A DNA stretch of 64,000 nt. Source: Aquiflexum sp. (GTDB taxonomy: Bacteria > Bacteroidota > Bacteroidia > Cytophagales > Cyclobacteriaceae). The stretch's first letter is position 1. The number at the start of each line of letters is the position of its first letter. A program made the translations under genes and the position numbers. The DNA lies in assembly GCF_041751335.1 (NCBI RefSeq), contig NZ_JBGSXS010000138.1, positions 6,505-70,504 on the forward strand, written 5' to 3'. The notes beneath the pieces were generated by a model, which was not told the origin of the DNA, made no database searches, and worked only from the letters and a program-made list of their open reading frames with translations. This document shows, piece after piece, positions 58,741 to 64,000 of the stretch.

Positions 58741-60090
58741 ATGACAGTTCAAGTTGTCCCCTCCAGTCTTAAACCCATTCAGGCGACAGACAGAATCGCT
58801 TCTCTAGACATTATGCGGGGGATAGTCCTTTGCGGAATATTGATCATGAACATCAATGGATTTGGCTTGGCATTTGGGTACAATAACCCTTCCATATTAG
58901 GCGGAGATAAGGGATTGAACCTTTACACCTGGATGGCGACGAATCTACTATTTGAGGGAACGATGCGGGCATTGTTTTCTTTACTTTTTGGAGTCGGCAT
59001 GTTTATTTTTTTGGATAGGATAGTGAAAAAAGGTGCTGGGATCAATGCTGCTGATATTTATTTTCGCCGGATAACCTGGCTACTGGTTTTTGGATTAATC
59101 CATGGGTATTTACTCTTGTGGGTTGGCGAGATTCTTTACAACTATGCGCTGATGGGATTTTTGGTCTATTCTTTCCGGCAAATGGTCCCAAAGAAACTGA
59201 TTATCACAGGACTTTTGCTTTTCTGTATCGGAACCGGGTGGAATTATTATGAATACCAAAAAGATAAAGAATGGTTTTCCAAAGTTCAGCAAGCGGAGGT
59301 TTCAATTGCTTCCAGCCAAGAATTGACAAATGAATTGAAGTCAGCAAAAGATTCCTGGGAAAAACGGGAGGCTAAAAACTCACCTGAAGCTACTGAAAAG
59401 TTTATTGAAGAAATGCAAAAAGGATATTTTTCAGTTGTCAAACACCTTGGACCCATCATGTATGATTTTAATGTCACCGACCCCTACAGGGGAGACCTTT
59501 GGGATGTATTGAGCATGATGTTAATTGGGATAGCATTGTTTAAATGGGGATTGCTTTCAGGTGAAAAACCTGCATCTAAATATTGGCTTATGGTGGGCAT
59601 TGGGTATCCAATTGGGATTGCGATCAACTACTATGAGATGCAGCTGATTTTGGATGCTGAATTTTCCACGCTTTCATTTAGTCAGTCTAATATTACCTAT
59701 TACTGGGGGAGATTTTTTGTGGCGATGGCACACGTTGGTTTGATCATGCTGTTTTGCAAATCTCCTTTATTTGCCTGGTTGAAAACATCCCTTGCCGCAG
59801 TGGGCAAAATGGCACTTACCAATTACATGATGCACTCGGTGATCTGCATGTTTATTTTCACCGGAGTAGGCTTTGGTCTCTTTGGTCAATTGGAGCGTTT
59901 TGAACTGTTGTATGTGGTTTTCTCCATCTGGATTGTCCAGTTGATTGTGAGCCCGATTTGGTTACGGTATTATCATTTTGGCCCTATGGAGTGGGTGTGG
60001 AGAAGTTTGAGTTATCGACAAAAGCCACCGTTTAGGAAAGAGAATAATTCAGGTCATCCTCTTGGGAGAATGAAGGTTATACATGATTAA
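58741..60090 (+). CDS. DUF418 (YeiB-like) membrane protein
   Basis: RIASLDIMRG, LFSLLFG, GKMALTNY, GPMEWVWR. Confidence 0.92.
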   Translation: MTVQVVPSSLKPIQATDRIASLDIMRGIVLCGILIMNINGFGLAFGYNNPSILGGDKGLNLYTWMATNLLFEGTMRALFSLLFGVGMFIFLDRIVKKGAGINAADIYFRRITWLLVFGLIHGYLLLWVGEILYNYALMGFLVYSFRQMVPKKLIITGLLLFCIGTGWNYYEYQKDKEWFSKVQQAEVSIASSQELTNELKSAKDSWEKREAKNSPEATEKFIEEMQKGYFSVVKHLGPIMYDFNVTDPYRGDLWDVLSMMLIGIALFKWGLLSGEKPASKYWLMVGIGYPIGIAINYYEMQLILDAEFSTLSFSQSNITYYWGRFFVAMAHVGLIMLFCKSPLFAWLKTSLAAVGKMALTNYMMHSVICMFIFTGVGFGLFGQLERFELLYVVFSIWIVQLIVSPIWLRYYHFGPMEWVWRSLSYRQKPPFRKENNSGHPLGRMKVIHD

Positions 60091-60154
60091 ACCCCTCCAA
60101 AAAAACAATCCAAATCAGTTCGAATTTTGAATCAACCATAATTTCCCATTTTCA

Positions 60155-60204
60155 TTGGGGAAATAAATGCATGCATTGGGACAGTATATATACCGCTTCG
60201 TCCT
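60155..60204 (+). promoter_or_regulatory. Putative LytTR operator 2
   Basis: TTGGGGAA at 60155, TTGGGACA at 60176, TTCGTCCT at 60197. Confidence 0.7.
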
Positions 60205-60432
60205 TGATGCTTTTCTATTAAAAGGAATAAAAATTAACTTCTGTAATTATAAAAAAATCATACTAGGTCAAACAAAGAATTTTTATCCAAAACTGGCAAA
60301 ATGATACACATAACACATTAAGAGCTTGACACACAACTAGGGCTATTAGTGATCTTCCGATCTATAGACCCACATCTGAGGGAATGGAAGCGATAATGGC
60401 AGGACAATAATAGTTTAAGAAAAAAGGGGAAA

Positions 60433-60455
60433 GCCGAAAACCGCCTAGAGTAGGC
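60433..60455 (+). promoter_or_regulatory. Conserved 23-nt leader motif, copy 1
   Basis: GCCGAAAACCGCCTAGAGTAGGC, 17 nt before the ATG. Confidence 0.55.
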
Positions 60456-60472
60456 ATTAAACAACAAAAACA

Positions 60473-60994
60473 ATGAACAAAAAAAACTATTTCCGCATTG
60501 CAACAGCATGTATCACTCTTTCTCTATTCAGTGTTGCCTGCACACCCGCTCCCAAAGAAGCGACTGCACCCGAAGTAATGACTGTACCAGTAGCCCCAGC
60601 ACCGGATATGGCTGCCATCAAAGCTGAAATCCAAGCCTTGGAAAATGCTTGGGCTGCTGCTGATAATGCCGGTGATGTCGCAGCCTTGCTAGCCCTCTAT
60701 GCTGACGACGCCGTGAGTATGGGTGGAGATACGCCTATGACTGTTGGCAAAGCAGCCATTCAAAAGGAGATTGAAGCAAGTATGGCTTCCAGACCTGCAG
60801 GGTCTACTGTCAAATATGAAGTTTTGGATGTTTTTGGTAACGAAAACACAGTTACTGAAGTAGGAAAAACCACTAGAATGGATGCTTCCGGAAAAGTCAT
60901 TTCTACAGGTAAGTATATGGCTATCTGGGAAAAACGTGATGGCAAATATCTCTGTGTAAGGGATATCGGCAATAACGACTCAAAGGAAAATTAG
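60473..60994 (+). CDS. DUF4440/SnoaL-like (NTF2-fold) lipoprotein
   Basis: Lipobox VAC; W..A...GD...L..LYADDA, GK.AI and GKYMAIWEK..G motifs. Confidence 0.85.
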   Translation: MNKKNYFRIATACITLSLFSVACTPAPKEATAPEVMTVPVAPAPDMAAIKAEIQALENAWAAADNAGDVAALLALYADDAVSMGGDTPMTVGKAAIQKEIEASMASRPAGSTVKYEVLDVFGNENTVTEVGKTTRMDASGKVISTGKYMAIWEKRDGKYLCVRDIGNNDSKEN

Positions 60995-61024
60995 TCTCTT
61001 TCAGTCAATTCTATCATTTAGAAA

Positions 61025-61055
61025 ACTGGGGGGCTTTTCGAAATGTTCCCCCAGT
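61025..61055 (+). terminator. GC-rich hairpin after the DUF4440 gene
   Basis: ACTGGGGG/CCCCCAGT stem with a weak T tail. Confidence 0.45.
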
Positions 61056-61103
61056 CTTCCATTCTCAGTGAAAAATCTTAAAAGAATAGAATGAAACAGG
61101 CAG

Positions 61104-61126
61104 GCCGAAAACTGTGAAGAGTAGGC
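61104..61126 (+). promoter_or_regulatory. Conserved 23-nt leader motif, copy 2
   Basis: GCCGAAAACTGTGAAGAGTAGGC, 21 nt before the ATG. Confidence 0.55.
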
Positions 61127-61147
61127 AAAATTTTAAATAAAAAAACA

Positions 61148-61414
61148 ATGGCAACATATGTATTTCGTCACAAAGTAGGTGATATCGATGCTTGGCTAAA
61201 AGGCCATGAGGACCGGGTAAGATTATTCGCACCTGCATCCAATGGATTCAGAACTTTTCAGGATGCTGATGATCCCAAGTCCATATTGTTAGTAGTGGAT
61301 AGCGATGATATCGAGAAATTAGGTGCAATTATCAATGACCCTAAAATCCAGCATATCAAAGATACCCATACGGTACTGGAACCCATTACCATGTCCCTAG
61401 AAGTAAAATTGTAA
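61148..61414 (+). CDS. Small dimeric alpha-beta barrel (ABM/cyclase-like) protein
   Basis: HKV.D.DAW...R......FQD.DDP pattern; 88 aa. Confidence 0.6.
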   Translation: MATYVFRHKVGDIDAWLKGHEDRVRLFAPASNGFRTFQDADDPKSILLVVDSDDIEKLGAIINDPKIQHIKDTHTVLEPITMSLEVKL

Positions 61415-61532
61415 GTGGCATCAAGGGTGGTGTACGTTAGTCCAAACGAGCATTACCCTTAATTATTCGAACAAATCAATTTGGTCAACCTATCTCACAT
61501 GAAATTGAGATAAATATTAAAACCTATATAAA

Positions 61533-63950
61533 ATGAAGACTTTGATATGGTTAATACTTTTATCTATTTTAATTACACCATCCTTTTCCCAAGGAGTAAT
61601 TCAAGGTAAAGTTCATGATTCACAGGCCAAAGAAATGTCCTTTGCCAATGTCTTACTTTGGAACAAGCCTGATTCCGCTATGGTCAAAGGGGTTGTTTCC
61701 GATGAATCCGGTAACTTTATTTTCAAGGAGATACCCAAAGGAGAATATTATGTGGAAGTACATATCCTGGGATATGCCAAAACCCATTCACCGGTGTTCA
61801 GTTTTTTGGGAACAGAAAAAAATAATCTGGCAACAATCATTTTGGTTCAGGAAGACCAAAATCTGGACGAGGTAACGGTAGTTGCCACCCGGCCATTTTT
61901 TGAACTCGAACAGGGGAAAATGGTAGTCAATGTGGCCAACAGCATTTCCGCTGCGGGATTATCGGTCATCGATGTGCTGGATAGATCTCCCGGTGTAATG
62001 GTAAACAGGCAGAGCAATTCCTTATCGGTTTTAGGAAAAAACGGTGTGGTTATTTTAATGAACGGTCATAGGTTTAGGATGCCCATGGAAGCTGCCTATC
62101 AGATGCTGGCAGGTCTCAATTCCAGTGATGTCGAAAAGATCGAAATCATTACTGTCCCCCCTGCCAACTATGATGCTGACGGTGATGCGGGATTTATCAA
62201 TATCGTGATGAAAAAAGACAATGACATGATAGGTACTAATGGTATCCTGACCATAGGCCAAGGCTATGGATCTGGCTATAATGGTAACATGAGCTTCAGC
62301 CTCAACCATCAGGGTCCCAAATTCAGTTGGTTTGGGATTTTGTCTGCAACTTATGTCGATCAGGTTCAGGAATGGGAAGCCTTTAGAGGTAACAACAACG
62401 GATTTGAAGACATAGGTATCGAAACAACCACCGATCGTTTTGGCACAAGAAAAGCCATCAATTATCAGGCTGGATTTGATTATAAATTAACAACCAATAC
62501 CATCCTCAGTGGTTTGGTCAGTGGTTATAATAACCGGTGGGATATGACTGCACCCAATGTTACCAAATCCAGTTATTCCATTTCCCCGGATACCCTTGTC
62601 AGGATGACAACGATTGAAGAGAACTACTGGAGCCATATCATGGGCAATATCAATCTTCAGCATACCTTCCAGAACGGGCAGGTTATCAGTACCAATATAG
62701 ATTACCTTACCTACAAAAACTCCAATCCATCCTGGTATACCATTATGAATTATAATGAATCCAATGATTTGATCAGTTCGGAGGAATTCAGAATAACCAA
62801 AGACACTCCCATTGACCTTTGGGTGACAGACCTCAACCATTCCATGAAAATGGGGAAATCAGTAGCTATTGAATCAGGTCTCCGGGCTACTTTTTCAAAA
62901 TTCACCAATACGGTGGTCTTCGAGGAAAAATTGGGATCAGATTGGCTGATTGACCCCAAATTCACCAATGACGGCCTTCTCAATGAGGATATAATGGCCG
63001 CTTTTTCAACCGCAAAAATTGATTTTGACGAAAAGACTACCTTAAATGCAGGAGTCAGGTATGAAAACACCAAAACCAACCTGACGACCGTTTCTGGAGA
63101 GAAAATCGTTGACAGGCATTACGGGGATTTCTTTCCTACGGCATTTTTATCCAGAAAAATCAATGCCGACAACTTGGTACAGGTGTCTTACGGGCGCAGG
63201 ATTACAAGGCCCACTTTCAATCAGATGGCGCCCTTTGTGTTTTTTTCTGATCCTTTTACATTTTTCGCTGGAAATGAAAACATTTTGCCTACCTACACCA
63301 ATACCTTCAAAACAGATTATTCCTATAAGAGTATGCTATTTTTTGTACAGTACAGCCAGGACAAAAATGTAATCGCATCTTTCCAACCTACCCTCGATGA
63401 AGAAAGCAATACGGTGTTTTTAAGAACGGAAAATCTTGACCAAAGACAGACTGTTGCCATGATGGTTGCTTTCCCTTTAAAAATAACTTCATGGTGGGAA
63501 ACCCAAAACAATTTCACGGCCAATTATCAAAGAGTCAATTCAGAGTTGAATGGAGAGATTTATGAAGTTGACCAGAAAGGTATTCAGGTGGTGCTGACCA
63601 ATACTTTCGCCCTTCCCAAAAAATACACCATTGAGTTGATGGGCAATTATAATTCGCCCACTATCAATGGCTATTTCAATTGGCTTTCCCGGGGCTTTGT
63701 CAATCTCGGAATCCAAAAAGACTTTGAAAAGTCTGGGGTGTTGAGGGTATCCTGCAATGATATTTTTGAAACCAGTCAATTTAGATGGCAATCATTTGAG
63801 GGTGCTGATTTGGATTTCTCCGGCAGGTTGAAGTTTGAGAAAAGAGTATTCATGGCTACCTACACCTACAAGTTTGGTAACAGCAAAATCAAAGGAACAA
63901 GGGACAGAAAAGTAGGATCCCAAGAGGAACAGAGAAGGGTTACCAATTGA
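61533..63950 (+). CDS. TonB-dependent-receptor-like outer-membrane beta-barrel protein
   Basis: Signal peptide, CarboxypepD_reg-like domain, LDEVTV, plug (PGV...IEIITVP.A.YDA.G.AG.INI), RRITRP, YKFG. Confidence 0.88.
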   Translation: MKTLIWLILLSILITPSFSQGVIQGKVHDSQAKEMSFANVLLWNKPDSAMVKGVVSDESGNFIFKEIPKGEYYVEVHILGYAKTHSPVFSFLGTEKNNLATIILVQEDQNLDEVTVVATRPFFELEQGKMVVNVANSISAAGLSVIDVLDRSPGVMVNRQSNSLSVLGKNGVVILMNGHRFRMPMEAAYQMLAGLNSSDVEKIEIITVPPANYDADGDAGFINIVMKKDNDMIGTNGILTIGQGYGSGYNGNMSFSLNHQGPKFSWFGILSATYVDQVQEWEAFRGNNNGFEDIGIETTTDRFGTRKAINYQAGFDYKLTTNTILSGLVSGYNNRWDMTAPNVTKSSYSISPDTLVRMTTIEENYWSHIMGNINLQHTFQNGQVISTNIDYLTYKNSNPSWYTIMNYNESNDLISSEEFRITKDTPIDLWVTDLNHSMKMGKSVAIESGLRATFSKFTNTVVFEEKLGSDWLIDPKFTNDGLLNEDIMAAFSTAKIDFDEKTTLNAGVRYENTKTNLTTVSGEKIVDRHYGDFFPTAFLSRKINADNLVQVSYGRRITRPTFNQMAPFVFFSDPFTFFAGNENILPTYTNTFKTDYSYKSMLFFVQYSQDKNVIASFQPTLDEESNTVFLRTENLDQRQTVAMMVAFPLKITSWWETQNNFTANYQRVNSELNGEIYEVDQKGIQVVLTNTFALPKKYTIELMGNYNSPTINGYFNWLSRGFVNLGIQKDFEKSGVLRVSCNDIFETSQFRWQSFEGADLDFSGRLKFEKRVFMATYTYKFGNSKIKGTRDRKVGSQEEQRRVTN

Positions 63951-63961
63951 TCATTTTTTCC

Positions 63962-64000
63962 TTGGGAAAATAAATCCATGCATTGGGACAAAAAAGGGGT
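63962..64000 (+). promoter_or_regulatory. Putative LytTR operator 3, truncated by the window end
   Basis: 63962-63990 matches 60155-60183 at 27 of 29 positions. Confidence 0.65.

Overview
Chromosomal window from a Bacteroidota bacterium, probably Cytophagales/Cyclobacteriaceae (inferred from gld/spr genes, TAnnTTTG promoters and the split atp operon). Positions 1-52.8 kb are mostly core genes: uvrB, rluD, a 1454-aa repetitive AsmA-like protein, metK, purM, atpBEFHAG, sprE, PBP1A, uvrC, porP-gldKLMN, hemD, hemW, an RsbU/V/W-like module and three SurA/PPIase-type genes. Positions 53-64 kb are accessory: a DUF6922/AbiEii-like pair, an SDR, a TPR histidine kinase with a LytTR regulator, and a divergent run of mostly exported or membrane proteins. 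The most striking signal is in the ORF-free gap 5072-6038. It holds two tRNA-like RNAs with identical acceptor and T stems but very different middles. One is a 66-nt form with no D-stem. The other is a 136-nt form with a GTC anticodon and a branched 67-nt variable arm. Each has its own candidate promoter and terminator. Also notable are a 21-bp-phased LytTR-type operator present three times, a 23-nt leader motif present twice, a REP-like array and a probable gene relic. All product calls come from motif recognition by eye; no searches were run.
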